Assembly: GCA_030599585.1 (NCBI GenBank)
Contig: JAUVNS010000005.1
Location: 96,001 to 160,000 of the forward strand
Source of the DNA: Promethearchaeota archaeon
Lineage (GTDB): Archaea; Asgardarchaeota; Lokiarchaeia; Sigyniarchaeales; SOKP01
Direction: 5' to 3'
Length of the DNA: 64,000 nt
A program made the translations under genes and the position numbers. Within the stretch, counting starts at the first letter, position 1. Every line of letters starts with the position of its first letter. The notes beneath the pieces were generated by a model, which was not told the DNA's origin, did no database searches, and saw only the letters and a list, made by a program, of their open reading frames with translations. Below, one piece after another: positions 9,884-20,232 of this stretch.

Positions 9884-11716
9884 TTAGAGAGTATCTAATC
9901 CTAACTGTTTAAGCTTATTTTTACTTGGTTTCCCGGTATTTAATTCCCAATCGCGAAATTTGTAAAAGAGCTCCTTAAGTTTAGCAAAATCGGGAGTCTT
10001 TCCCGCAGAACCACCGCTATTAAAAGGCCTCGTTAAAATTTTAGGTAACCTATCATCTTTAGGAGTTAAGCCCATTTTAATATTAAAAAGTCGTTTCATA
10101 TTGGCTATTCTTTCTCCGTATAACTTAACTTCTTCAAGGCCAAATTTAATTCCTACCGCGTTTTGTATTAACTCGGCATTATGGGACGGTAATGGATTAC
10201 AGAATGAACACATGATCATTGAACTATATAACGCTCTGTAATCCATAATTAAAGAACACACCTCCGCCATTTCTTCGTTATCATTATATTTGTCAATGTT
10301 TTTTATCCCAATTTCTTCTAACGGAACTCCTAATAATACATAGTAGGCATCTAATAAGTTATGAGATGGACCCTTTGATCCAATGCCATATGCTAGTGCC
10401 ATACCATAATTAGAGCGAAGATCGTGATATGTAACTTCTAAACCATTAACCGTAGCAATTTCTTCTTGCGAAATATTAAATTTTTTAGCCAGAGCGTTAG
10501 ATCCTTCTGCTAACACTTTGCCAATTCCTTCCTTGAACACAATTTTTTCTAATAGCTCTTCAACAACCTTAAGATTACCCCAATCAAGCTTTAACCCGTC
10601 AATATCATCCGTTGTTATATTTCTCTGCTTGAAATGGTGTATCAGACAAGAAATGGTAGCTCCTGAACTTATTGTATCAATTCCGTAATCAAAACATTTT
10701 TTATTGATGTAAACAATCCATTCCAAGTTGTCGTTTAGAAGTAATGCTCCGTAGGATACAAGAGTTTCATATTCTGGACCTTCCATCTCGTCTGTTTTAT
10801 ACATACCTTCTTTAATAGCAACCCTTCTACCACAGCCAATAACGCAAGAGTGGCAAAATCTATTTTTTACTAAAATTGTTTCTGCCATCGTTGCACCAGA
10901 TATTTTGCCAGCGCCTTCCCATTGAGGTTGAGAAAAATACTTAATTGGTAGTTCACCAGTCATATTATACATATCCATCGCACCAGATGTTCCTAATTCT
11001 CCTATCATCTGCGAGACAAACGACGATTTTACGTAGTCCCTTGCTGTTATTATTGCCTTTCGTAATTCCTCTTGGTTTGTTACTTCCAATTTAATTTTTG
11101 TTCCTTTAACAATTATTGCTTTAAGTTTTTTTGAACCAAGAATAGCTCCCATTCCTGTTCTCCCGGCAGCCCTTTCTTCGGAAACAATATTAGCATATTT
11201 TACGAGATTTTCGCCTGCTTGACCGATACAGGCAACCTTAGCTTTTTCGTCTCCAAGAAGTTTTTTTAATTTTTCAGTAGTATAGAATGTCCCTCTTCCC
11301 CATAAAAAATTAGCGTCTTTGAGTTGAACCTTATCATCTTTAATTTCTAGATAAACTGGTTCATCTGATGTTCCAGATATTATAATACCATCATATCCCG
11401 CTTTTTTTACCTCCGCTCCAAACCAGCTCCCGCAATTTGATTCTCCCCAAATACCTGTGTAGGGTGATTTTGAACAGACGACCCATCTTCCGGTATTTGG
11501 TGCAAAAGTTCCATTTAAAGGACCAGTCATTATCATAACAATATTTTCTGGAGACAGTGGATCAGTATCTTCGCTTAATTTATCGTACAAATAACGACAA
11601 GCATAACCGGATCCCCCCAAAAAGTGCTTTGCTATATCCTCTACAATTGGATCAACTGAAATGTGTTTAGTAGTTAAATTTATGTTTAATAACTGACCTC
11701 TAAAACCTCCTAAAAT
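9884..11716 (-). CDS. aor: Aldehyde:ferredoxin oxidoreductase (tungstopterin AOR family)
   Basis: KSPYTGIWGESNCG, GRTGMGAILGSKKLKAI, CHSCVIGC, EGPEYE, GIDTIS, DDRLP. The ORF track starts at 11620, but the family N-terminus extends in frame to an ATT at 11716. Confidence 0.9.
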   Translation of the reverse strand: MLGGFRGQLLNINLTTKHISVDPIVEDIAKHFLGGSGYACRYLYDKLSEDTDPLSPENIVMIMTGPLNGTFAPNTGRWVVCSKSPYTGIWGESNCGSWFGAEVKKAGYDGIIISGTSDEPVYLEIKDDKVQLKDANFLWGRGTFYTTEKLKKLLGDEKAKVACIGQAGENLVKYANIVSEERAAGRTGMGAILGSKKLKAIIVKGTKIKLEVTNQEELRKAIITARDYVKSSFVSQMIGELGTSGAMDMYNMTGELPIKYFSQPQWEGAGKISGATMAETILVKNRFCHSCVIGCGRRVAIKEGMYKTDEMEGPEYETLVSYGALLLNDNLEWIVYINKKCFDYGIDTISSGATISCLIHHFKQRNITTDDIDGLKLDWGNLKVVEELLEKIVFKEGIGKVLAEGSNALAKKFNISQEEIATVNGLEVTYHDLRSNYGMALAYGIGSKGPSHNLLDAYYVLLGVPLEEIGIKNIDKYNDNEEMAEVCSLIMDYRALYSSMIMCSFCNPLPSHNAELIQNAVGIKFGLEEVKLYGERIANMKRLFNIKMGLTPKDDRLPKILTRPFNSGGSAGKTPDFAKLKELFYKFRDWELNTGKPSKNKLKQLGLDTL

Positions 11717-11930
11717 AATAACTCACCTCAAAGAAAATAAATTTAATAATTTGGATACTAAAACGCAATTTTAGTTTATCTTTTTTACCCTTTAACTTTA
11801 TAAATGACAAAAAGAAGGTATAAAACGAAATTACTAAAAATCGCCAAAATTGTCTAATAAATCTGCTTGAGTATTATTATTATAAATCATTAATACAATT
11901 TTTTTTAAAGGGGAAAAATATTATAAAAAT

Positions 11931-12431
11931 ATGATGAAAGATCTAGATATAAAGTGGACCGATCTTGTATCTCCTACGATGTCGCCTGATGAGTATCTAA
12001 GAGAATTCGGAGAAAAAATTAAATATAACTATAAGGTTTACGAACCAAAAGCTGATACAGTAAAAGAAATTAACGCGCTTTTAAAAAGTAAGAATGAACA
12101 GCTAAAAATAGTTGCTTTTGGCGCTGATTGGTGTCCCGATTGCCACAAAAATACACCACGCATGATTAAACTTATAAAACGGATGAAAACCAACGATGTA
12201 GAGCTTCGCATTTTGTATGGTATAATGGTAAATGCTTTACACAAATCAGGAGAAACTCCATGGCATAAAACAAGGTCTCCCCCGGAAGCAGTTAATCCTA
12301 AGTTTGAGTTAAAAGCAATTCCAACGTTCTATTTCTTTAACAAAAATGAAGAATATCTCGGTCAGATTATAGAACATCCCAAAGAAACAATGGAAGAAGA
12401 TACTCTAGAAATATTGAAAGAAAAGCTATGA
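11931..12431 (+). CDS. Thioredoxin family protein
   Basis: FGADWCPDC, AIPTFYF, GQIIEHP. Confidence 0.85.
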   Translation: MMKDLDIKWTDLVSPTMSPDEYLREFGEKIKYNYKVYEPKADTVKEINALLKSKNEQLKIVAFGADWCPDCHKNTPRMIKLIKRMKTNDVELRILYGIMVNALHKSGETPWHKTRSPPEAVNPKFELKAIPTFYFFNKNEEYLGQIIEHPKETMEEDTLEILKEKL

Positions 12432-12517
12432 ACAGAATAATATAATATCCTAACTGTTCATTATTATTTTTTTTTAAGGAATCAAAATTTAAATTAGTAA
12501 ATCGATATATACTTTTT

Positions 12518-14566
12518 ATGTCGAAATTAAATGTCAAGAAAGTCATAATTTTCAAACACGGAGTCTCTTATTACATTCATGAAGGTAATGTAATAGGAAC
12601 CGATACCTTTGAGTTAGAGTTTAAAATTGACGAAATGGATGACGTGTTAAAATCGCTCTTTGTTTTGGATACAAGCGAAAAGGGTTATATTAGTTCGATT
12701 TCATACGATGCTGCTTTAGAAACCTCCCAACTTTTAAAATCAATAATGCTCAATATTCCTGATAGAGGGTCTTTATCGTCACTTATCACGCAGATAAAAG
12801 GAGCAGATGTTAAATTAACCGTTGCAGGGGGAAAAACTATAGTAGGGACGATCATTGGAATTGAAGAAATAGAAAAGATGAATAAAAATGAAAAAACAGT
12901 GGAAAAATTGCTAATTTTACTCCAAGAAAATGACGAAATATCTAAATTCAATTTTTCTGACTTCAAATCTTTTGATATTCTGAATGAGGACATTAAAAAA
13001 GATCTTAAATTCTTTTTGGATACCGTTATATCGGGGAAGAAAAAAGACGCAAAAAAAATCAAAATTAATTGCGAATCAGGAGGGGACGACGAAGTTGAGA
13101 GGATCATTTTTGTATATTATATCCGAGAAAGTCCAATTTGGAAAACATCTTATCGCTTAATAATGAGCAAAGAACAAGCTCAAGAAGAAAAATGTCTACT
13201 TTCTGGTTGGAGCCTTATAGAAAACACAACCAATCAAGATTGGGAGAATGTAGAGTTATCCCTCGTAGCTGGAATGCCTGTCTCTTTTAAATACGAATTT
13301 TATCGCCCAATTTTTATACAACGCCCCGTAATACGACCTCCAAGAGTCTTAAGCGTAAAACCAACTGAAATCGAAGAAGGTTTAAAAAGTGAGGATTATG
13401 GAGAGTACGAAATGGACGCTCTAGAAGCCGCACCTAGAGATATGATGAAAAAGGCGAAAATGGGACGGAGGGGGATCCCTCAACCCGCACCTGCTGCGCC
13501 TGCTGGATTTGGTGGGAGGTTGATGGGTATTATGTCTGATGATGCTCTGTTAGAAAAGGTAAAGTCCCAAACGCAAGTACAAACTAAAGATTTAGGAGAA
13601 CTCTTTGAATATAATATATCTAACCCAGTCACCATAAAAAGGAAACAATCTGCGTTAGTCCCAATTTTAACAGAGGTGATTAAAGCGAGGAGAGTGTTGT
13701 TGTATAACAAAAACGAATACGACAAAAATCCAAACGCATGCCTTGAAATCACAAATAATACGAATCTAACGCTTGAAAGAGGACCTGTGACAATTATTTA
13801 CGACGATAATTTAGCAGGCGAAGCAATCGTTCCATTTCTCAACAAAGAAGACACGCGCTTGCTAAATTATGCTGTGGAGCAAGCAGTTTTAATTAGGCAC
13901 GAAACTAAAACCGAAAGCTTAAGCGTACATAAAGTTACTATAGGAAGCGGTTATTCTTACGAATATTACTACACGAACATGATGACTACATACAAAATAC
14001 AAAATAAAACAAGTGAAGAGAAGGAACTCTATCTAGATCACCCTAAAACCCATGGATATAAATTTATTGAAAAACCTATTGATCCCGAAGAAACACCAAA
14101 TTACTGGCGTTTTAAAATCACATTGAAGCCCAAAGATGCTATAACTTTTAAATTGAAAGAACAAAGAGAGGATAACTCAAGCAACTACTTAAGAAATTGG
14201 TCTAGAGATGATATATTTAAGAGAGTTGGATTTTATGTCAAACAGAAATTTATTAATGAAAAATTGGAAAACCAATTAAAAGAAATTGCAGAATCTATCC
14301 AAGATTTAAATCAAAAGAAGCAAAAAAAATCTAAATTGGTTGAAGAGAGAAACCAAATGTCTGACGAACAATCAAGACTTAGAGAGAATATATCTGTATT
14401 AGGAGAGGATACCCAATCTATCGCTTTGAAGGAGCGATATATCAAAAAGTTCAACGATCAAGAGACTAGGTTTGAGAAAATTTCTGTAGAGACTAAAAAA
14501 TTAACACAAGAGATTGATTCACTCAACAAAAAGATCGAGACCAAAATGAACAAACTAAAAACTTAA
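12518..14566 (+). CDS. DUF4139/DUF4140-like protein with C-terminal coiled coil
   Basis: VIIFKHGVSY, DDVLKSL, PIWKTSYRL, ENTTNQDWENVELSLVAGMP, GELFEY. Confidence 0.7.
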   Translation: MSKLNVKKVIIFKHGVSYYIHEGNVIGTDTFELEFKIDEMDDVLKSLFVLDTSEKGYISSISYDAALETSQLLKSIMLNIPDRGSLSSLITQIKGADVKLTVAGGKTIVGTIIGIEEIEKMNKNEKTVEKLLILLQENDEISKFNFSDFKSFDILNEDIKKDLKFFLDTVISGKKKDAKKIKINCESGGDDEVERIIFVYYIRESPIWKTSYRLIMSKEQAQEEKCLLSGWSLIENTTNQDWENVELSLVAGMPVSFKYEFYRPIFIQRPVIRPPRVLSVKPTEIEEGLKSEDYGEYEMDALEAAPRDMMKKAKMGRRGIPQPAPAAPAGFGGRLMGIMSDDALLEKVKSQTQVQTKDLGELFEYNISNPVTIKRKQSALVPILTEVIKARRVLLYNKNEYDKNPNACLEITNNTNLTLERGPVTIIYDDNLAGEAIVPFLNKEDTRLLNYAVEQAVLIRHETKTESLSVHKVTIGSGYSYEYYYTNMMTTYKIQNKTSEEKELYLDHPKTHGYKFIEKPIDPEETPNYWRFKITLKPKDAITFKLKEQREDNSSNYLRNWSRDDIFKRVGFYVKQKFINEKLENQLKEIAESIQDLNQKKQKKSKLVEERNQMSDEQSRLRENISVLGEDTQSIALKERYIKKFNDQETRFEKISVETKKLTQEIDSLNKKIETKMNKLKT

Positions 14567-14691
14567 TAAAAAGTTTTAAAACCCCATATTTTCTTTTTTA
14601 TTACAGAAATTATTTGTTTACAAACTCTATAAAAAAATAAATATTATTTCAAAAATAAGATCTAATGGTATTATTACGATAGGTGTAAAAA

Positions 14692-14916
14692 ATGAGTATT
14701 GATGAACTTCAAGAACAAGTAGAAAAATTTAAGGGTGAAATGGACACGCTCGAGGAAGTTTGCGATACACTTCCAGAGTGTAAAGAAGACGATGCTTGCG
14801 AAACATGCGAAACCTACAAAAAAATTGATGCCCTTAACGCTAAAATCGAAGAATTAGAAGAAAAAATCGAATCTATCCTGAGCGAAGATGACGACGACTA
14901 CGAAGACGACGATTAA
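14692..14916 (+). CDS. Small acidic coiled-coil protein with a 4-Cys cluster
   Basis: AGGTG SD-like site; CDTLPECKEDDACETC between heptad helices; poly-Asp tail. Confidence 0.65.
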   Translation: MSIDELQEQVEKFKGEMDTLEEVCDTLPECKEDDACETCETYKKIDALNAKIEELEEKIESILSEDDDDYEDDD

Positions 14917-14988
14917 TTCCTACACGCTTTAATTGCTCTCTATATTATTTTTTTTTCTTTTATATTTTTTTTTCAAACTTTTACAAAT

Positions 14989-15891
14989 TTAGAAAGATAT
15001 TTTCTTTAGTTCCGCTATAGACAAATCAATTCCCTCATCAAATGTTATTTTTGGTATAAATCCAAGCATTTTTATTGCTTTACTAGGGCTTGCGTAAAAT
15101 TTGTTGACATCATAAGATCGTGGCTTAGTAAATTCAACTGTGCTTTTACTTCGAGTCTTTTTAATAATTGTATTGGCTAATTGTTTTAATGAAATTGGAA
15201 CACCTGTAGATATGTTGAAATCGTCAAAAAGATGAGTGTCCCTCTCTATTTCCTGAATGCAGCCCCATATTCCTTGAATCGTGTCATCAATATAAGTGAA
15301 GTCGAAAATTTCCTCTCCTGTCCCGTTAATAATCAAATCTTCTTCTTTAAAAGCCTGTAAAATAAACTTTGGTATGACTCTATCTAAATGATCGTTTTTT
15401 CCAGTATAAACATTTGAAAATCTTAATACTCTTACTTTTAACCCATAGTTTTCGGAGTACACTTTGCACAATTCCTCTCCCGATAGTTTAGAGACTCCAT
15501 AGACGTTAATGGCTTTACGAATTGACGATTCATTAACTGGCAAGATTGCAGACTCACCATATACCTCACGAGAGGAACCAAATATCACCCAAGGGTAATT
15601 ATTATCTGTATATATCAGCCTTGCAGACTCGAGCACGTTAATCATACCTCCAATATTAGTATTAACGCATTCTAAGGGATTTTCATGAGCAATTTTCACT
15701 CTACTCACAGCTGCTAAATGAACAATGCCATTTATGCCTAATACTTTTGATTGTAAAGCTGAAAAATCTCGAACATCCTCCAATGTGTTATCTTTGATAT
15801 CAAAAGGTATAACTTCAATATTTTTTTCTTCTAGTAATCGCTTTAGGGCAGAACCAATGAAACCAGAGCTTCCAGTGAGTAAAATTTTCAT
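14989..15891 (-). CDS. NAD-dependent epimerase/dehydratase (extended SDR)
   Basis: TGSSGFIG, HLAA, SSREVYG, YGVSK, RFSNVY. Confidence 0.9.
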   Translation of the reverse strand: MKILLTGSSGFIGSALKRLLEEKNIEVIPFDIKDNTLEDVRDFSALQSKVLGINGIVHLAAVSRVKIAHENPLECVNTNIGGMINVLESARLIYTDNNYPWVIFGSSREVYGESAILPVNESSIRKAINVYGVSKLSGEELCKVYSENYGLKVRVLRFSNVYTGKNDHLDRVIPKFILQAFKEEDLIINGTGEEIFDFTYIDDTIQGIWGCIQEIERDTHLFDDFNISTGVPISLKQLANTIIKKTRSKSTVEFTKPRSYDVNKFYASPSKAIKMLGFIPKITFDEGIDLSIAELKKISF

Positions 15892-16102
15892 AGTAGTATA
15901 AAATAGCTTGGATAATAATTAAGATTTATCTTAAATAGAAACAAATTTAAAAAAAAAAGTGATGAAGAAATTGGATGTTTTATATTACTTTTTTTTATTA
16001 TTTTATTCACAATAAACAAAATTAAAAAAAGAATTTGTATTTCTCTTAGTAAGACTATTTCTCTAGTTAATTTCAATAATATTCAATATAGGAGGTTTAA
16101 AA

Positions 16103-17410
16103 ATGGAAGAAAATAAAAAGAAAAAAAAATTTATGACTCAAGCTATAAGTGACGAAATCCTCGAAAAGTTAAGTTTAAAAAACAGATATTCGTTTTTAAA
16201 TACGAACCTAACGGCTATTTTGGAACCAAAGGAGTTTAATTTTTTACGTAAAGCTCAAAAATTCTGCATGCGTTTCGAAAAGAAAAACGAGATTACACAC
16301 GGTCCTGAAGAAGATGTTTACGATTGGATCCCCGCATTTGGAGCCGAAGGATACCTAACTAGATCTCACAGTTTCGACCTGGTTGATGTTAATTACACCG
16401 ATTATGGTCTAACCATGGAATTGATGAGGAATTTAGCCGTAGGTTTTTTTGACCCCCAGTTTGCCATGGCTGGTGGGGCAACCCAATTAGCTATTAATCC
16501 TCTTTTAGAACACCACGAAAATGTCCCAATCAGGTTAGAGGTACTAAAAAAATTTGTAACAGGAGAAACGCCAGGAGCAATATTAATCACGGAACCCGAA
16601 AGGGGCTCGGACGCAGTTCATATGTTAACCACATGTGATGAACAGCCTGACGGATCTTTTCTTCTAAACGGAGAAAAAATATACAGCACTAACGCTCCTA
16701 AAGCAGGATACGTTGTTGCTTACGCTACAGCAGAGGAAAATAACGGGAATACGATGGCTCAGTTCCTTATAGACACATCGTGGGAGGGTTGGAAGGTTGA
16801 ACGAGTTTATATTCCTTATGTCCCAAAAGTGTGGTTAGGTAAAGAATGGTTTAATAACCTTAGAGTACCAAAGGAATACGTGTTAGGTGGTGTAGGTAAG
16901 GGACGAGAACATCTTTTTGAAGGATTGGTTCCGGAAAGAATAGGGATAGCAATCGATTGTATTTCCAAATGTTGGAACGCAATTGCGTATGCGGCTATAT
17001 ATGTAAATAACAGAAAACAATTCGATCAAATGATTTTGAAATTTCAAGGGGTAGGTTTTACTTTAACTGACCTTTGGGCAAGATTAACTAACCTCACGCT
17101 CGGACTTTTAATGTTTTGTAAAAATTATGATGGCAAAATGGAAAAGTTTGGTGGGGAGCTTCCCAGAAATATTTCACAAGCCTTAGTAGCTTCTGCTAGT
17201 CAGTTCAAGTATCATGTTGCTAAACTTACAGAAGAGATTTGCTATGAAGCTGCCAATCTAATGGGGGGCGCGGGCCTATGCGACAACACTTTAATGCACG
17301 ACCTGGTAAACATCTCTAGAATCGCAGAAATCATAGGTGGGAGTAGACAAATTCAAAACTATGTCATGTCGATGTCGTTACGTCAAGTTTACAAGATGTC
17401 TGGTATCTAA
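16103..17410 (+). CDS. Acyl-CoA dehydrogenase family protein
   Basis: ITEPERGSDA, LNGEKIYSTNA, RKQF..FQGV, MGGAG, IIGGS; GGAGG SD. Confidence 0.9.
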   Translation: MEENKKKKKFMTQAISDEILEKLSLKNRYSFLNTNLTAILEPKEFNFLRKAQKFCMRFEKKNEITHGPEEDVYDWIPAFGAEGYLTRSHSFDLVDVNYTDYGLTMELMRNLAVGFFDPQFAMAGGATQLAINPLLEHHENVPIRLEVLKKFVTGETPGAILITEPERGSDAVHMLTTCDEQPDGSFLLNGEKIYSTNAPKAGYVVAYATAEENNGNTMAQFLIDTSWEGWKVERVYIPYVPKVWLGKEWFNNLRVPKEYVLGGVGKGREHLFEGLVPERIGIAIDCISKCWNAIAYAAIYVNNRKQFDQMILKFQGVGFTLTDLWARLTNLTLGLLMFCKNYDGKMEKFGGELPRNISQALVASASQFKYHVAKLTEEICYEAANLMGGAGLCDNTLMHDLVNISRIAEIIGGSRQIQNYVMSMSLRQVYKMSGI

Positions 17411-17505
17411 AACTGTCAATTTATAACTTTTACATTTTTTTTATTTATTTATACATTATGGTTGTCTAAAGCATCGAGTTCTTCGTAAAATTGTTATAAA
17501 CGCTT

Positions 17506-18249
17506 TTACATTATCAGATTTTTGAGTCTCTTCGAAAACTTTTTAGATATTATCAAACTCGTCTCGAATGGACAATTTTTCTTGAACTGGATTATAGATA
17601 TAAAGTTGTCAATTCCAACTAAAGATAATATACCGTATTCCTCGAGTGATATTAATTCACTAATTCTTGAATTCCCAATTATAAATCTACTCTCTAATAA
17701 TCTTATTATCTCTGAAAGGACATTGGAACTAAGGTATGATACGATAACTCTTCCAGTTTGAGTCAATAATGCGGATGAGATTACAAAAGAGGAAAAAGTA
17801 TGAAGTTCCTTAAAGACTTCAATTAGATCCTTTTGAATTTCTTCTGAAACTAACTTCTTGCTCTCTATTATTTCATCGACATTTTTCTCGAAATTTTGAT
17901 ATATCGAAACTTCGCCATTAAAATTATCCGTTAAGTTTTTCAAATCAAATTCGGATATAAACTCGCTTTTAATTTCCCGTAACTGGTTTCTCAGCTCTAC
18001 AAGATTATCAGTTCTATCGCTAAATAGAGCAAACATGAGCTCACTAGAATTAGCTTTTTCTACTTCAAAGATGAATCTAAAAGGTCCAACCTCAATTTCA
18101 GATAACTCTTTAGTTTTCAAAGTTTGTTTAACAAATGAGAAAATTGCGCTTAAAAAGCTACTTGTAAGTTTTATGTCAAAAATATCCTCGTAAGCTTTAT
18201 AAAAAAGTAGTTCGCCCGTTGATTTCATAATAAAGATATTTTTAATCAT
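17506..18249 (-). CDS. Longin-like plus roadblock-like two-domain protein
   Basis: IFIMKSTGELLFYKAY..LTSSFLSAIFSF (longin pattern); SSALLTQTGRVIVSYL (roadblock pattern). Confidence 0.6.
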   Translation of the reverse strand: MIKNIFIMKSTGELLFYKAYEDIFDIKLTSSFLSAIFSFVKQTLKTKELSEIEVGPFRFIFEVEKANSSELMFALFSDRTDNLVELRNQLREIKSEFISEFDLKNLTDNFNGEVSIYQNFEKNVDEIIESKKLVSEEIQKDLIEVFKELHTFSSFVISSALLTQTGRVIVSYLSSNVLSEIIRLLESRFIIGNSRISELISLEEYGILSLVGIDNFISIIQFKKNCPFETSLIISKKFSKRLKNLIM

Positions 18250-18434
18250 TGGAACTCAAGGAAAATTAGGTTAATAACTCAATAATTAAGGTTTTATATT
18301 CTTTTAATAAAAGTTTAGATTTAAAAATTCTTGTATAAATCATTCTATTGGTATAAAACCGATGAAATTACGCTTTTCTTTCTCCGGACTAAAAATATAA
18401 AAAATTTAATGTTATTGTATTGATATTTTTTAGG

Positions 18435-19205
18435 CTAAAATCCATCAAATTTAGCCCATTCGTCGTCATCATCGATTTCCTCGTCATCATCGTAAAGAGT
18501 CTCAGATTTCTCGGCTTTTACGCCTTCAGCTGACTCTTCTTCATAATCGTCGTACTCGTCATCAAAACTTATAGCTTTATCTAAATCCACTGCTACTTCT
18601 CCTTCGCCCACTTGAATTTCTGGGATAGGTTCCTTCTTTAATTTTTTCTTTTCAACTAATTTGAGGTAATCGCCGTGAATTTTAATCGTAATAGGAGTTT
18701 CTTCTTGTAAAAGCCGTACCACTACTTCTTCGCTACTCGATGTATCGTGTGGCATACGCATAACGAGCGCTCTTGAACCTTCGAATACACCACTTATTAT
18801 TTCAACGGTATCACCCGATTCTAAATATTCGGTGACGCTTCTTGGTAGTAAAACGTGTTTTAACTCATCTAAATCGATATTTTGGACGATTCTTCCTTTA
18901 ATATGGGGAATTCCTTGTACAGCAATTTGAACAGATCTTTTTTGAGGTGCTTCAAAAAATACATAACCGGGTAATAAAGGAGATACAAGCATGGCTCTAA
19001 TATCGGGAACTACATCTAAAATTTTAAACCGGTAAAAAATTTGTCGTAATATGTTACTTTCTTGGTTTATCGTAGTTCTCACAGCAAAAAGTGTTGTAGA
19101 AGGTTCACCTTCCTCGAGATCATTGATTTCTGTCGCTGCAAGATCAACATCTACTTTTAATTCTTCTTCTTTATTGTTTTCAGACTGTTCCTCTTGGTTA
19201 ACCAT
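18435..19205 (-). CDS. spt5: Transcription elongation factor Spt5 (NGN+KOW) with acidic tails
   Basis: FAVRTTINQE, LPGYVFFEA, GIPHIKG, GDTVEIISGVFEGSRALV. Confidence 0.9.
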   Translation of the reverse strand: MVNQEEQSENNKEEELKVDVDLAATEINDLEEGEPSTTLFAVRTTINQESNILRQIFYRFKILDVVPDIRAMLVSPLLPGYVFFEAPQKRSVQIAVQGIPHIKGRIVQNIDLDELKHVLLPRSVTEYLESGDTVEIISGVFEGSRALVMRMPHDTSSSEEVVVRLLQEETPITIKIHGDYLKLVEKKKLKKEPIPEIQVGEGEVAVDLDKAISFDDEYDDYEEESAEGVKAEKSETLYDDDEEIDDDDEWAKFDGF

Positions 19206-19386
19206 ATTTTCTCACTTTTTTCTTATTTGAATTATCAAGATTTAGAATGCTTTTATATTGATTTCTTAAAAAAGTAGGATATTATATAAAGGAAATTCTA
19301 AATTATAAAATTTTGCTTTTTAAGGAGATTTTAGTTATGAGAGTAGGTTCCTCAATGTTCAATCAACCTTATCTTCCTATTAATTT

Positions 19387-19767
19387 CTAGAAAGGTATGT
19401 TATTTACATCTAACATTTCAGGAATTCTTCTGTTTCTTTCGAGCCAGGATATTTCTGCCCTAGTATATCTCCAGGTTATTTCGCATTTTCCCAGTTTACC
19501 TTCGACTGGTGTTTCCCAATCCCACGGAGATACTATAACTAAGTCCCCTTTTCTTACCCAAACGCGTTTTTTAATTTTACCGCGAATCCTGCCTACTCGT
19601 TGCTTACCATCCGCGCAAAATACGCCCATTCGTTCGTTCCCATATATCTCAACGACTCTAGCAAACATTTCTCCTATCCTCCTATTGGGAAACTTAACAC
19701 GCGTGACTGGTGGTGGGACATATGGCCCCTTACCTCTCTTCACTTGCTTTCCTTTTTTTTTTGCCAT
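19387..19767 (-). CDS. eif1a: Translation initiation factor aIF-1A
   Basis: GEMFARV..YGNERM.VFCADG..RVGRIRGKIKKRVWVRKGDLVIVSPW, WRYT; start taken at MAKKK (track start 19782). Confidence 0.93.
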   Translation of the reverse strand: MAKKKGKQVKRGKGPYVPPPVTRVKFPNRRIGEMFARVVEIYGNERMGVFCADGKQRVGRIRGKIKKRVWVRKGDLVIVSPWDWETPVEGKLGKCEITWRYTRAEISWLERNRRIPEMLDVNNIPF

Positions 19768-19797
19768 AATTTTTTCCTTCAAATAATGTGTATAATA

Positions 19798-20133
19798 TTA
19801 GTATTTATCATCAGGTTTATAATCACCTTTAATAAAGACGATTTTTATAGATTTTTGAGAGTCGTTCCGAATATTATGCATTTCTTTTGGTTCCACCAAG
19901 AATACACTCCCTTCTAAAGCACCGAATTCTTTGTCATTTACAATCATGACACCATCACCCTCAACGAAATAAAATGTTTCATCAAGTAAATTGTGCCCGT
20001 GAGCTTTTTCAGCCATTTTTTCTCCAGGTTTTAGTAGAATTAAGCCCCAATCTATACTCGGTCCGCGCATCAAATATTTAACACCAGACTCTCCTCCTCT
20101 GAATGGAATCTCTTTTTCATTTACCCGTTTCAT
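19798..20133 (-). CDS. Cupin domain protein
   Basis: HGH..ETFYFVEGDG..EPKEMHNIRN. Confidence 0.85.
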   Translation of the reverse strand: MKRVNEKEIPFRGGESGVKYLMRGPSIDWGLILLKPGEKMAEKAHGHNLLDETFYFVEGDGVMIVNDKEFGALEGSVFLVEPKEMHNIRNDSQKSIKIVFIKGDYKPDDKY

Positions 20134-20232
20134 TTTTTACCGATAAACCTATATCTTATTTACTAAAAACAAATTATCTAAATTAATTTAAGTTAAAAAT
20201 CTTATTAATTTAAATTCTAAGTAGGGTAGTAA

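Noticed and set aside
19397-19917. Plus-strand ORFs overlapping aIF-1A and the cupin gene
   Set aside because: Antisense shadows of well-supported genes; the same applies to the other short nested ORFs in the track.
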